Shown here piece by piece: positions 1 through 13,906 of a stretch of DNA of 64,000 nt. The translations under genes and the position numbers were made by a program. Below the pieces are notes generated by a model. The model worked only from the letters and a program-made list of their open reading frames with translations, had not been told where the DNA came from and made no database searches. Position 1 is the stretch's first letter, and each line of letters begins with the position of its first letter. The stretch lies in assembly GCF_009914755.1 (NCBI RefSeq), contig NC_060926.1; one strand, written 5' to 3'. Source of the stretch: the human T2T-CHM13v2.0 reference genome, Homo sapiens.

Positions 1-864
1 GAAATTCTAGAGCTGAAAAACAAAATACCTGGATGAAAAATTTTAATAGAAGTATTTAACAACTGATTTGAATAGGCAGAAGTAAGAAAAAACAGATTTG
101 AAGTCAGGTCATATTAAATTATTGCATCTGAAGAGAAAAATAAATACACAGGAACATAAACAGAAAAAAAATCTCCGTGACCACAAATTTTTAATGGAAA
201 TACAGTACAGAAAGAAGTAAAATCTGACATTGACTATGTAAACTGGGAAAGAGAGGAAGTCAAGTCTAGAGTTTCTGTGATTTAAGATAAGTTGTTATCA
301 GCATGCAACACACTATTGTAACTATGAAATGTTCAATGCAAATCTTATGAAAACCATAAAAATACAATAGATACACAAAATATAAAGATAAAATAATCCA
401 AGCCCATCAATACAAAAAACCATCAGGACCTAAAGAATGACAAGGGAGAAAAAGAGTAAGAGAACTACACAAAAGACAAAACAATTCACTACTTGTAAGA
501 GTAATTCCTTACATAGTAATCATGATTTTAAATATAAATGAACTAAACTCAAAAAAAAAAAAAAGATGTAGTGTGGCTGAATGGATTAAAAACTGAGATC
601 CAACTGTTTACTGAATAAAAAGACTTAATGATAGATTTAGGGGCACACATAAGATGAAAGTGAAGAGATGGAGGAATGTATACTTGCAAGTGATAACCAA
701 AAAGAACGAAGAGTGGCCACACTTCTATCAGACCAAAATAGACTTTAAGTCAAAAACAGTCACAAGCGACAAGAAGGTCACTGTATAATAATAAAATGGT
801 CAATTCTAAAGGAACTTATAATAATCGTAAATATATATGCACCCAACATCAAATGACCTAAATA

Positions 865-1371
865 TAGGTTGAGTATCCCTTATTTGAAATGCTTGGGACC
901 AGAAGTGTTTCAAACTTGTTTTTCTTTTTCTTTTGTTTTGAAATATTTGCACATATATAATGAGATATCTTGGGAATGAGAACTAAGTCTATATATAAAA
1001 TTCACTTACGTTTTATATATGCCTTATACATATAACCTGAAAGTAATTTTATATAATATTTTAAATAATTTTGTATATGAAACAATGCTTATGTAGATTG
1101 AACCTTCAAAAATTTAAATTGTCACTATCTCAGCCACTCATCTGAAAAATCTGTGATTGTTTGGTATCACCATTATTCTTGACTGCTAATAAGCAATCAT
1201 TTTCCTACACTTATTCACACAAAGGTACTTAACAGTATTAAATGTGACTGCAACTCATCACATGAGACCAGGTGTACAATTTTCCACTTATGGAATTATG
1301 TCAGTGCTCAAAAAGTTTAGAATTTGGGAGTATTTCAGATTTTGAATTTTTAGATTACAATGCTCAACCTG
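865..1371 (+). mobile_element. MER46/Tigger4-family non-autonomous TcMar-Tigger DNA transposon
   Basis: Termini 'taggttgagtatcccttat...' and '...atgctcaacctg' form inverted repeats, flanked by TA at 863-864 and 1372-1373. Diagnostic 'gaaatgcttgggaccagaagtgtttc'. Confidence 0.85.
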
Positions 1372-2019
1372 TATATAAAGCAAATATTAGCAAATCTTGG
1401 GAGAAATAGACAGCAATATAATAATAGTAAGAAACTTTCATTCTCTATAATGTATACATCATTTAGAAGGAAAATCAGTAAGAAAAAAGCAGAACTGGAT
1501 AACGCTATAGGCCAAATGAACCTAACAAACATATATAGGACTTTCTACTGAATGGCAGCAGAATATAGTTTATTCTCAAGTGCACACAGAACAGCCTGCA
1601 AGACAGATCATACACTATGACATGAGACAAGTCTTAACTCATTTAAAAGGATTTAAATTAATTAATACATCTTTTTATCACAATGGAATGAAAATAGAAA
1701 TCAATAAAAGAAAGAAAAGTTATAATAGATGGAAATTAAACAATAATCTTCAACAACTATTCAGGCAAAGCAGAAATTAAAAAGTAAATTGAAGAATATC
1801 TCAATTTAAATAAAAAAACACAACATATCAAAACCTATGAAATGCAGCAAAATCATCACTCAGAGTTTATACCAAAAATACCTACATTAATAAAGAAAAA
1901 AGATCTCAACTAAGCAGCTGAACTTTGTACCTCAAGAACTAGGAGAAAAAAACTAAACCACACATTAGCAGAAAAAAATAATAAAGATTAGAGGATATAT
2001 AAATGAAACAAGGATGGAC

Positions 2020-2076
2020 AAACTAAGAGTTAATTTTTTGAAAAAATGTAAACTAAGAGTTAATTTTTTGAAAAAA
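2020..2076 (+). repeat. Direct tandem duplication (30-bp period) inside L1
   Basis: 'aaactaagagttaattttttgaaaaaa' at 2020-2046 and 2050-2076. Confidence 0.9.
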
Positions 2077-2356
2077 AAATAAACAAATTGGCATTTAGCC
2101 AAAAGAACAAAGAAAACAGAGAAGACTTATAAAATGAGAAATGAAAGATGAGACATTACAACTGATCTCACACAATAAAAAGAATCATAAAGGACTGTTA
2201 TGAACAAGTATATGCCAACAAATTAGAAAACCTAGAAGTAAGAAATAGAGAGTTTCCTAGAAATGTACAATCTACCGAGACTAAATCAAGAAGAAATAGA
2301 AATCCTTAGCATACCAGTAACAAATAGGGAGATGGAGGCAGTAATAAAAAATGAAT

Positions 2357-2474
2357 GAAAGAAAGAGAGAAGGAAGGAAGGGAAGGGAAGGGAACGGAGG
2401 GGAGGGGAGGGGGAGGGGGACGGGGAGGGGGAAGAGGAGGGGGAGGGGGAGGGGGAGGGGGAGGGGGAAGGGAG
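2357..2474 (+). repeat. Polypurine G-rich low-complexity tract (GAAA>GGAA>GGGAA>GGGGGA)
   Basis: Almost pure A/G tract with many G4-G5 runs. Confidence 0.95.
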
Positions 2475-3178
2475 CCGGGGCTAGATTGTTTCAAGGGTGA
2501 ATTCTGTCAAACATTTAAAGAAAATTAACATCAATCATTTCTAAACGCTTTCAGTATATGCAATAGAGAATAATTCTGAACTTATTTATAAGGTCAGAAT
2601 CAACCCAACAGCAAAGCCAGGAAAAGACCCCACAAGTAAAGAAAACTACAGGTCAATACTTTTGAGGAATATTGATGCAAAACTCCTCAAGAATGCTAGC
2701 AAACAAAATATAGCAGCACATTAAAACAATCAAACACCATAACCAAGTAGAATTTATTCCCGAGATGCAAGGATGGTTCAACATGCACAAATTAATCAAT
2801 GTGATACAACACCACATTAACAGAAAGGAGGATATCAATTACATAATCATTTCAATAGACGTAGAAAACATTTAGCAAAATTCAACACATTTTTATAATG
2901 AAAATTCTTAACAAACAGCATACAAGGAACTTACCTCAATACAAAAAAAGTCATTATGAAAAGCTCTTACTAATATCACAATCAGTGATGAAACGCTGAA
3001 AACTTTTCTTATATGAAATAAGGCAAAGTCTATTCAAAGTAGCCTGGAAGTCATAACAAGGGTAATTAAGCAAGAAAAGTCATAAAGACCTCACAAAAAA
3101 CTTTTTAAACCAATAAAATTGATTCAGTAAATTTGTCGGATACAAAATCAACATCAAAAAATCAATTGCCTTACTATA

Positions 3179-3550
3179 CAGTCCTTTAAACAAGGCAGAA
3201 GTTAGGGATGCTGATCCTCCATGCAGAAAATAAATTGTATATAACTTTGACTTCCTCAAAACATAACTACTAATAGCTTACTGTTAACCAAAGCCTTACC
3301 TACTGATAACATAAAGAGTCAATTAACACAAGAAAATGTTATTAAGACAATCATAAGAAAAATATATTTGCTATTCATTAAGTGGGAGTTGATCATCATA
3401 AAAATCTACATTCTTATCATCTGTATGTAGAGCAATCTAAAGAGAAGAAGAGTAATTGGTGTTGCTTTCTCAGGAGTGGCAGAAGCAGAAGAAAATCTCC
3501 ATATAGGTGGACCTGCACAGTTCAAACCCATGTTGTTCAAGGGTCAACTG
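3179..3550 (-). mobile_element. Tigger2a (MER28) DNA transposon MITE
   Basis: Right end 'ttcaaacccatgttgttcaagggtcaactg' is the reverse complement of the Tigger2 TIR CAGTTGACCCTTGAACAAC. TA flanks at 3177-3178 and 3551-3552. Confidence 0.88.
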
Positions 3551-3956
3551 TACACCAACAATTAACTATCTGAGAAAAAAAACTAAGAAAACAATCCCAT
3601 ACATAATAGCTCTTAAATGAATAAAATGCTTGGGAATAAACTTAACCTAGGAGACTTGTTTACTGATAACTACAGGATCTTAATGGAAGAAATTTAAAAA
3701 TACACAGATAATTGGAAGGCCATCTGTTGTTCATTTATTAGACTAATATTGTTAGGGTGTACATAATTCCCAAAGCAATCTTTAGATTCAATACAATTAC
3801 TATCGAAATCCAAATGACATTTTTCAGAGAAATAGAAAAAATGTCCTAATATTATTATGGAACCACAGATGACCCTAAATACCCTAAAAATTTTTTTAGG
3901 AAGAACAAATACCCTGCAAATATCACATTCCCTGATTTTAAAATATATTACAAAGA

Positions 3957-4296
<340 letters not shown>

Positions 4297-4820
4297 TTAA
4301 AAAAAATAAACAAATTGAACAGTGTAGAGAGCACAGAAATAAACCCATGCATATGCAGTCAACTGTTGTTCAAAAAGGGTGCCAATAATACATGAAAAGA
4401 TAGTCTCTCCAATGAACAATGTTTGGACATTTTTAAATCCACATTTAAAATAATAAAACCCTAATCTTAAACTATATAGAAAACTAAACCCCAGATAGAT
4501 TAAAGACCTAAACATAAACCCAGAAACAATAAAACCCTTAGAAGAATAATAGAGAAAATGTTGGAGACATTGGTCTTGGCCATGGTTTCTTGGACATTAC
4601 TCAAAAGCACATAAAACAAATTAAAAATAGATAAATTGGACATCACAATGAAAAATTATGTGCAATCAACAAAGCAAAAATTATATAATCAGCACAGCAA
4701 AAAGCCAAATTATGGCACTGGAGAAAATATCGGCAGACCATATATCTTATAAGAGGTTAATATCCCAAATATGTGACAGTCTTCTACAACTCAATAGCAA
4801 AAAATAATATGCATCAATAT

Positions 4821-4843
4821 CAGCAGCAGCAGCAGCAGCAGCA
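4821..4843 (+). repeat. (CAG)7 microsatellite inside L1
   Basis: cagcagcagcagcagcagcagca. Confidence 0.95.
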
Positions 4844-5178
4844 TTTCATTTTTAAAAGGGCAAAAAACATGCATAGATATTTCTCTAAAGATGACTTACA
4901 GTTGGCCAATGCATATACAAAAAGGTGCTCAACCTCACTAATCATCTGGGAAATACAAATCAAAACTACAATAAGATATTACCTCATATCTGTTTTAATG
5001 ACTATTATTAAAAAGAAGAAAATAGATAAATGCTGACAAAGTCATAGAGAAAAAAAAGAACAATGTACACTGATGGTAGAAATGTTACCTGTAACCACTA
5101 TGGAAAAGACTAAGAAGCTTCTACATAAAATTAAACATAGAATTTCCATTTGATTCAGCAATTCTGCTTTTGATTATA

Positions 5179-5656
5179 CAGTTAACCCTTGAAGAATATG
5201 TATTTGGATTTCACAGGTTTAAATTTAAATTGAAATTTCTTAAATATACGTTTCTTAAATGAAAACTTAAATGTAAATTTTCTTCTGCCTGTGCTACTAT
5301 GAGATAGCAAGACCAAGCCCTCCTCTCCCTCTTCCTTCTCAACATACTCAATGTGGAGACAAAGATGAAGACCTTCATCATGATGATCAACTTTCACTTA
5401 ATGAATAGTAAATACATTTTTTCTTCTTCATGATTTTCTTAATAACATTTAATCTAACTTACTTTATTGTAGGGATACAGTATAAAATTTATATAACATA
5501 AAATATATATTAATTGACTGTTTATGTTGTTGATTAGACTTCCAGTCAACAGTAGGCTATTAATAGTAAAGCTTTTGAGGAAGCAAGTTATATGTAGATT
5601 TTCAACTATGTGGGGAATTGGCACCTCTAACCCTCATGTTATTCCAGGGACAACTG
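5179..5656 (+). mobile_element. Tigger2a (MER28) DNA transposon MITE
   Basis: Starts 'cagttaacccttgaagaa' and ends 'gttattccagggacaactg', with TA on both sides. Internal 'agcaagaccaagccctcctc...gatgaagacctt...cacttaatgaatagtaaata' matches Tigger2a. Confidence 0.88.
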
Positions 5657-6019
5657 TATATGCAAACTAATTGAAATCTGGATATTAAAGAGATTTCTGC
5701 ACTTCTCTGTTGCTATAGTATTCACAATAGCCATAATATGAAAACAACCTAATGTTCATGAACAGATCAGTGGATAAACAAAGTGTAATATATACATACA
5801 ATGGAATATTTACCTTTAAACAGAAGGGAACCCTGTCATTTATAACAACGTAGACGAATCTGGAGGATATTGTGCTAAGTGAAATAAGTCAGATACAAAA
5901 AGATGAATACTGTATTATATAGCTTATATGTGAGTTGTGATTACCAGGGATTTAGGGGAGAGGAAAATAGGGAGGTGATAATCTAGCATTCACAGTTTCA
6001 TAAAAGACTTACGATACAA

Positions 6020-6315
6020 GTCTGGGCACTGTGGCTCATGCCTGTAATCCCAGCACTTTGGGAGGCCAAGGCCAGTAGATCACTTGAGGTCAGGAGTTCG
6101 AGACCAGTCAACATGGTGAAGCCCTTTCTCTACTAAAAATATAAAAAAATTAGCTGTGCATGGTGGTGCACACCTGTAATCTCAGCTACTCAGGAGGCTG
6201 AAGCAGGAAAATTGCTTGAACCCAGAAGGCAGAAGTTGCAGTGAGTCGAGAGCATGCCACTGCACTCTAGCCTGGGTAACAGAGTGAGACTCAGACAAAA
6301 AAAAAAAAAAAAAAA
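6020..6315 (+). mobile_element. AluS (Sx/Sz-like)
   Basis: Dimeric Alu with poly-A. 'gatcacttgaggtcaggagttcgagacc'. Confidence 0.93.
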
Positions 6316-8645
6316 GACATAATACAGCATCAAAAGGACTAATATATTTAATATTGGAGTTGTAGAAGGTGAAGATAGACAGAAAAGGACACAGAGTTTT
6401 TTGGGTTTTGTATTTTTGTTTTTTAATGTTCAAAACCTTCATGCACTTGAGCAAAGACATAGACCTACAATCAACAAATTTGAAAGGTTTATTAAATCTG
6501 AGTTGAATAAACTCAAAGACTGCAATACTTAAATTCATTACTATCCAACTGTTGAAAGATAACAACAAAGAAAATCTTGAAAGCAAAACAAGAAAAGTGA
6601 CTCATCATGTATGATGGATTTCTCAACAGAAAACTTACAGCCTAGAGACAATAGGCTGGCATATTAGAAGCATCAAAAGGAAAAACAAAACCTGTCAACT
6701 GAGATCGTCATTTCCAATAAAAATTAGGGAGAAATTAAGACAACCTCAGATAAACAAAAATGTACAGATTAATGACCACTAGACCTTCCCTATAATAAAT
6801 GTTAAAGTGAGTTACCATTCAAGTTAAAGTGAAAGAATGTTAGAGACTAACTCAAATCCTTAGAAAATTTAAAGTCTTGTATTAAAAATAATAGGCAAAT
6901 ATCAAAAGCAGTGCTATTTTATATTGGTTTGTAAATCCATGTTTTACATTGTTTTAAGACACAAGCATTAAATACAACTCTGTGATAATGAAGGCATAGC
7001 ATATGAAGATGAAAGTAAAGACATCAGCAACATAAAGGAGAAGGTGGTGGGTGAGGGTAGGCCTGCAAAAGAGTAGAGCTTTTATATGTGATCAAAGCTA
7101 ATTGATTATCAGTATAAAATAGGTTATTACTTTAGGATATCATATGCAATCTCCAGAGTAACTATTAAAAAATTTTATGGAATGCACACGAAAGAAAATG
7201 AAAAAGGAATCAAAACATGTTACTATGAAAATTAAACACAAAGAAAGGCACTAACGGAAGAAATGAGAGATCTAAAATGTTATAACACAAATGAAAAACA
7301 AATAACAAAACATCAAAAGTAAACTTTTCCTTCTCTGTAATAACTTTATCCGTGAATGAATTAAGCTCCCTAATAAAACGACATAAACTGAGAGAATGAG
7401 GTTTTTTTAAAAAAGTAGCAGGATCCAACAATATGCTGTCTACAAGAAACTCAATTTAGATATAAGGATAGACACATACATTGAAAATTAAAGGATAAAA
7501 AAAGATATTTCCTGCAAATATAAATAAAAAAAACTCGGGATGGTAAACCATATTAGAAAAAATAGACTTTAAGTTAACAATTTTTATAAGAAACAAAATA
7601 CATTACTGTCAGACATTACATACTGATAGTAGGGTCAACACACCAAGAAGGTATAACAATTAAAATGATTATGTACCACACATCAGAGGCCTTAAATGTA
7701 TAAAGCAAACACTGCAGAATCAAAGGGAGAAACAGACAACTCTACAATCATAGAAGATACTTAACTACCCCACTTTCAATAATGGATAGAACAACCAGAC
7801 AGAATATAAATAAGGAAATATAGGACTCTAACAATAGTATAGACCAGTTGGACGTAACATACATATACTTAACCAAGGAGGTGAAAGATTCATAACCTGA
7901 AAACTATAAAATAGTGCAGAAAGAAATTAAAGACAAATAAATAGATATTGTGTTCATGGATTGGAAGACAGTATGTGAAGGTTTCAATACTACCCAAGTG
8001 ACCTACACATTCAAAGCAATTTTTATAAAAATACAATAATGTTTTTTGAAGAAATAGAAAAATCAATTCTTAAATTTATGTGGAATCTCAAGGAACTTTG
8101 AATGGCTAAAACAATCTTGTGAAATACAACAACAACAACAACAACAAAATAGGAAGTGTCACTTTTCCTGGTTTCTATACTTATTATAAAGCCATAGTAA
8201 CCAAAACAGTTTGGTAACAGCATCAAGACAGATGTATAGAGCAATGGAATACAATGAACAGCCCCTAAATAAACCTTCACATACACAGTCAAATAATTTT
8301 TGACAAGCAGACCAATATCATTCAATGGGAAAAGGATACTCTTTTCAACTTACAACGTTAAGAAAATTATACATATATTCAGAAGAATGAAGTTGGACCC
8401 CTGTTTACATCACAAGCCAAAATTAACTCACAATGAATCAAAGATCTAAATATAAAAGGTAAAACTAGTAAAGTCTCACAAGAAAATAGGGGAAAACTTC
8501 ATGATTTGGGATTTTTAATATTTTCTTGGATAAGACTCAAGAACACAAGCAAACAAGGAAACACACAGATAAATTAAACTACATGAAAATTTAAAACTTG
8601 TGTGAATCAAAGGACACTATCAACAGAGTGATAAATCAACCCATC

Positions 8646-9000
8646 TGTATTAGTCCATTCTCACACTGCTGTGAAGAAATAGCAGAGACTGGGTAATTTA
8701 TAAAAAAGAGGTTTAATTGACCTACAGTTCAGCATGGTTGGGGAGGCCTCAGGAAACTTATAATCATGGTGGAAGGCACCTCTTCACAGGGTGGCAGGAG
8801 AGAAAATGAGTGCTGGGAGAAGGGGGAAGCCCCTTAAAAAAACATCAGATCTTGTGAGAACTCACTCACTGTCACGAGAACAGTATGGGGGAAATCACCC
8901 CTATGCTTCAGTTATCTCCAACTGATTCCACCTTTGACAAGTGTAGATTATTACAACTCAACATGAAAACTGGGTGGGGACACGGAGCCAAACCATATCA
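8646..9000 (-). mobile_element. THE1 (THE1C-like) MaLR solo LTR
   Basis: 'tgtattagtccattctcacactgct...gagactgggtaatttataaa...ccaaaccatatca'. 5-bp TSD ccatc (8641-8645) / ccatg (9001-9005). Confidence 0.92.
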
Positions 9001-9586
9001 CCATGAAATGAGAGAAAACATTTGTGAATATATATCTGATACAGAATTATTATCCAGAATACATAAAAAACGATAACTCAATAATACAAAACCCCCAAGA
9101 AACCCAATTAAAAAATTGACAAAGAACATGACTAGATATTTCTCTAAATAGGATACACAAATGGCCAATAAACACATGAAAACTTGCTCAACATCACCAA
9201 TCATCAGAGAAATGCAAATCAAAATCATAATAAGATACCACTTCACACCCATTAGGCTAGCTATTAATAAAATATAAAATAAGTGCTTACAAGATGAGGA
9301 AAAACTGAACTCTTGTTTGTTGTTGATAGGAAGGTAAAATAATGCAGCTACTGTGGAAAACAGTGTGGTGGTTTCTCAAAAAATTAAAAATAGAATTACC
9401 TTGAACATCAATATAAATTTAATTATGAGAATTTCCATTTCTGTATATATGTTCAAAATAATTGAAAGCAGAAACTAAAAAAGATACTTGTGCACCCATG
9501 TTTGTAACAGCATTACTCAAGTACTCAAAAGGTTGAAGTAACCCAAGTGTTCATTGACAGATGAGTTGATAAACAAAATGTGTTTT

Positions 9587-9892
9587 TTGTTTGTTTGTTT
9601 GTTTGTTTTTTGAGACAGAGTCTCGTTCTATCACCTAGGCTGGAGTGCAGTGGTGCAATCTAGGCTCACTGCAAGCTCCGCCTCCCGGGTTCAGGCCATT
9701 CTCCTAACTCAGCCTCCCGAGTAGCTGGGACTACAGGCGCCGGCCACCAAGCCCAGCTAATTTTTTGTATTTTCAGTACAGACAGGGTTTCACCCTGTTA
9801 GCCAGGATGGTCTCGATCTCCTGACCTCGTGATCCGCCCGCCTCGGCCTCCCAAAGTGCTGGGATTACAGGCGTGAGGCACCGTGACCGACC
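9587..9892 (-). mobile_element. AluY with (TTTG)n-type tail
   Basis: AluY diagnostics 'gttagccaggatggtctcgatctcctgacctcgtgatccg'. Perfect 15-bp TSD aacaaaatgtgtttt at 9572-9586 and 9893-9907. Confidence 0.96.
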
Positions 9893-10462
9893 AACAAAAT
9901 GTGTTTTAAACATACAATGGAATATTGTAAGGGCTTAAAAAGGAAAGAAATTCTGACACATGCTACAGTATAGATGAACCTTGAAGATATTACACTAACT
10001 GAAATAAGTCAGTCACCAAAGGACAAATACTCTGTGACTGCACTTACATAATGTATGTAGGTCAGCCAATTTCATAAAGTTAGAAAGTGTAATGGTGATA
10101 CCCGGGTGGAAATTGAGAAATGGAGTTATATGATCTTAATGGGTAGGGAGACTGGGTCTGGGGAGACAAAAATGTTCTATGGTGGTGCTGGTTGCACAAA
10201 AATGTGAATGTACTTAATGCCTCTGAACTGTAACTTAATATGTTTAAGATGTTTAAAAAAAGTTGTTCAATGAATTAATTTGATTAACATTAGAAAGTGC
10301 ATACAAAAGCACCCAAAGTATTAAAAAATGCTTTATTAAGCATTTATCATTATTTTATTACTACTAATAATTTTAAATAAATAAGAAAAACACTCCCAAA
10401 GAAACAAGAGAAAAAATGGAAAAAGCATGACAATATGATGGAAAATAAATACAAAAAAATGA

Positions 10463-10503
10463 AGGGAGGGAGGGAGGGAGGGAGGGAGGGAGGGAGGGAG
10501 GGA
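10463..10503 (+). repeat. (GGGA)n microsatellite
   Basis: About ten consecutive GGGA units. Confidence 0.95.
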
Positions 10504-10719
10504 AGTAGGCAAGCAGGCACTAGGAGGAGCAAACAGTGCCGAACGAAACAGAAGAGAATAAAAAGCCCAAGAATAAAATGTGGTGAGAATTAATTTGGAA
10601 CCGGGTCATACTGGAGAGCTTGGAGAACAATTTAAAGAACATATATCTAGTGAATAGAATTTTTAAACAATTTAAATTTAAATAATTTTTAAAAGACAAG
10701 GGTTACTTGTTTGGGAAAT

Positions 10720-10930
10720 GTTCCACAGATTAAGGACAAAGGAGCGAAGATTTGTCAGTTCTTGGTGACCATTATATTAGCTCTTTCTCTGGGGGTGGAG
10801 GGTGAGTGGAGTTAGAAATAAGTTTGCACAGGATTAGAGCCAGAGCAAAAGTGAGGAAGTGAAGAGAACAAATATAACCTCTTCTATTTGTTTTTAGGAG
10901 TTGGTAAAAATGAAGCAGAAAAATAGCAGA
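10720..10930 (-). mobile_element. L2 fragment
   Basis: 'gtgaggaagtgaagagaacaaatataacctcttc...ttaggagttgg' resembles the antisense strand of L2. Confidence 0.5.
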
Positions 10931-10949
10931 GAGAGATTTAACCAATGTT

Positions 10950-11317
10950 AACCACGCAGTTCTTCCTTATTTCTAGGAACGTGGCCATGTGACTGATTCT
11001 GGCTAAAGAAATGTGAAGAAAAACAATACATGTCACTCCCAGACTAAAGCATTTAATTATCTGTCCCTGACTCTTCATCCCGCTCTATGAATGCTGTAAT
11101 GAATCCAGAGCCTTGTATTGAGAAAATGATATAATATAATGATGATGCCTTTGTTCACCTGCATCCCTGAGAGGTTTTGGTGAGGAGATTTCCCACCCCA
11201 GCCAACTTTCTTTGGGCACCTAGCATGCATAAAAAATAGTCCTTTGATTTTGATAAGCTATTGAATTTGGAGGTTTTATTTTACTGCAGCCTAACTTAGA
11301 CTAACCTGAATAATACA
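10950..11317 (+). mobile_element. MLT1 (I/J-like) MaLR LTR fragment
   Basis: 'gtggccatgtgactgattctggctaaagaaatgtga...tgtcactcccagactaaagcatttaatt' and 3' end 'ttactgcagc...cctgaataataca'. Confidence 0.7.
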
Positions 11318-11929
11318 TTATCTACCATAATCTTTTCATCATCAAAAGAGAAATTCACAGCAGTGCCCAGTCTCAGGTGAAGATTTCTGTCAGAGAGACA
11401 ATTCATACTTACTGTGTAATAAATTTCTTTTTCAAGCTTAGAGAAAGAGATGAAGAAGAGAGACTGCCAATGGCTCTGTGGAGATACAGCTAAGGACCAC
11501 TGTGAAATTTTTGTTTGTAAAATGCTTCTAGTGAAATGTTCAGAGTTTTAACCTTTTGTATTCACAGATATAAATCAATTTTCTGGCTTATTTTTGTTAT
11601 GTAACCATTATTGGGTTTGTACTATGAAAATGTAGCTCCTCCCATTGTAAGTAGAAGTAAAAGAAGAAATGTCAAATATGCTTTGGAAAAAGCAGTGTTT
11701 GTTCGATTTGTAGCCTGACCTATGAAAGGTCCCAGGAATGTGATTATCATATAGAATAGCAGTTCCACTGTATTCAGCATGACTTTTTTTCCATGAGAGT
11801 TTTATTAATTTACCAGTTTTCTAATGGCAAGCCAATTACTCTGTCATTGAGGCATATCTCAATATTGATAGATGAAATGATAGAAAAGGTAATATCCTTA
11901 TAAATAAAGACCATCTACCAATCCAAAAG

Positions 11930-12360
11930 AAAGCCATTAAGACACCAGTATATGTATATTGGAAGGCTAACAAACTTACTCTTTCGGCCTCCCATGTAGC
12001 TAATGAGAAGTAATCAGAAGTCACAGGTTGGAACTTGAAGAAGCTTTTGCAATGGGGTAGACTAACTGATAGATATAGCTGGCCTTGTGCCCTTCACATT
12101 GCATTCTTCCATCTTCTGTCTTTATGCACACCAGATAGGACGCTAAGTGGCACAGGTAACATGTAGTGACTAGTACAGAGACTATGATAAGCACAGCAGA
12201 TAAGAAAAACAGAAATCGCTTGAGTCTTTAAAAACACGAGTGTAATGCCACATTGTATCCAGTTTGCTTACACCCAGATCTCTGATTTAGTGATAATTCA
12301 ACCACTTAAGTTACTTTTGATCCTATTTTCTGTTACTCACAGTCAAATATCCTAAGCAAA
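11930..12360 (+). mobile_element. MLT1 (J/K-like) LTR fragment
   Basis: 'cagaagtcacaggttggaactt...' and 3' end 'ttttctgttactcacagtcaaatatccta'. Confidence 0.55.
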
Positions 12361-12679
12361 AATTATCATGTAACAAATGCTATTCGAAGCCCTGTAATAT
12401 ATTTTTTTCAGTTTGAAATGTTGAAGCCACCTATAGGGATATCATTCCCTACTATAAAGATGAAGAAACTACCCAAGTGTGGGCAAGGGTGGCATTCATA
12501 TCCCAGGATCAGGAGCAGACAGTCCTGTATCTGAATTCCAGTTGCTGTATCCGATTCATGTATGGCTTATTGGACTTTTTGTCTCATAGCTTCCCAAAGA
12601 AGCTGGGTCACAAGCGTCCAGTCTTCTCTTTCAGCGTGGGACATTATACTCTCCAAACCAGAAACCTTTCACTATCACC

Positions 12680-13050
12680 TGTTAGATCTCTTTCCTGCCA
12701 GCCTTTAGTTGTGTGATTTGGGACAAGTAACTGATTCCCTCCAAGTCTTTGTTTGCATGCTGAGTTATCAAAAAGATTAAACGCTCTTCTAGCTCCTGAC
12801 ATAGCATAAACGCTAACATATGGAGAGAGCACTTACCTATATGCCAGACACTGATGAAACATGCTCTATAGATTGACTCATGCGATTTCCCCAACAGCCC
12901 TAAGGGAAAATTACTATTGTTATGGTGAGTTTACAGATAAATAGAGGCAGGAAGAGTGTAAGTGACTTGCCTGTGATTGTTGTGGTATCATAGAACAGGG
13001 ATCCTAGCCCGGAAAACCTGTACCCAGAGTCTATCCTCTACCCCCTCTGC
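12680..13050. mobile_element. Two MIR fragments (+ at ~12680-12760, - at ~12825-13050)
   Basis: MIR core 'gttgtgtgatttgggacaagtaact' and antisense 'gagcacttacctatatgccagacactg...tttacagataaatagaggca...aagtgacttgcc'. Confidence 0.7.
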
Positions 13051-13906
13051 CATACCTACATTTGTTTCTGTAGCCTCATGCTGCATTTCATTCCATCTAG
13101 TGAATGGCCACATACTGCCAAGAGACCATACCACCTTCCTGTCCCAGTAGAACACTGTCTGCGGGACTCACTTCCCTTGTAGTGTGCACATCATCCCAAA
13201 TGCACACATGTTGCCGTAAGTCTTACCTGACCATTTTTTGCAGTGCAGTCACACAGTACATCACTCTCTCCTAACCCCCAAACTAATTATGCTACTAGTC
13301 ACACCCCTCATTGCATACACCAAGTTAAATGACTAATTATATAATCCCAGCAAGCGATCCTATTACAGTTGCAGCCAAGCACCTCATTACAGCTTTCCAG
13401 CCCAATATCTCATTACATGGCCTGGATACATCCAATTGCCTGCAGAGATACCTGTCTCATTACACCTTTGTGAGAAGCCCATGTATAAACCTAGGGCTTT
13501 GGACATTAGTATCATTAGACCTGTTCTGTCACAGCCCATTTCACACCAGTTCTTGACAACCCATTCACGTGAGCTCCTGAGAGGCAGGCCTTGTCCCACA
13601 CTCGGGCTCCAGGGGAATAAAATTAGAAAAGTCCTCAGAAAGCATGTGTTTAGACTCAAACTACAAAGTCGGCAACACTGTGTCCATGGGTAGTTGTCAA
13701 GATTGAAGAATCTTCTTCTGCTAAACATAAATAATGCCTGCTATCATTTCTTCTGATATTTCTTTTAAAACACCCACATATAACATGTTCCCTTGAATGA
13801 AGAACAAAAAAAACAGAGAAAAAAGAATCACCAGTAATACCACTATTCTAATAAAGTAACAAACTTCATGTTGTAAATTGTTTTGGCTATTGATAATAAT
13901 AATGTG

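Larger units (their letters stand above)
6316..10260 (+). mobile_element. Second old LINE-1 (L1MB-type): ORF1 end, ORF2 EN part, internal deletion at ~7870, ORF2 3' part and 3' UTR
   Basis: ORF1-like 6330-6850. EN 'ggatccaacaatatgctgtctacaagaaactca' ~7421. Abrupt jump to 'aaccaaggaggtgaaagat' at 7871. L1MB-type 3' end 'ggttgcacaaaatgtgaatgtacttaatgcctctgaactg' ~10190. Confidence 0.88.

Noticed and set aside
2306-2494. Polyproline ORF (formin/WASP-like)
   Set aside because: It is the translation of the G-rich low-complexity tract inside an L1, with no supporting exon context.
4773-5036. PolyQ-containing ORF
   Set aside because: It is a (CAG)7 microsatellite within a decayed L1 ORF2 C-terminus, not a gene.
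13329-13728. Cluster of overlapping 75-113 aa ORFs in unique DNA
   Set aside because: No recognisable homology or coherent splice structure. ORFs of this length are expected by chance with alternative start codons allowed.
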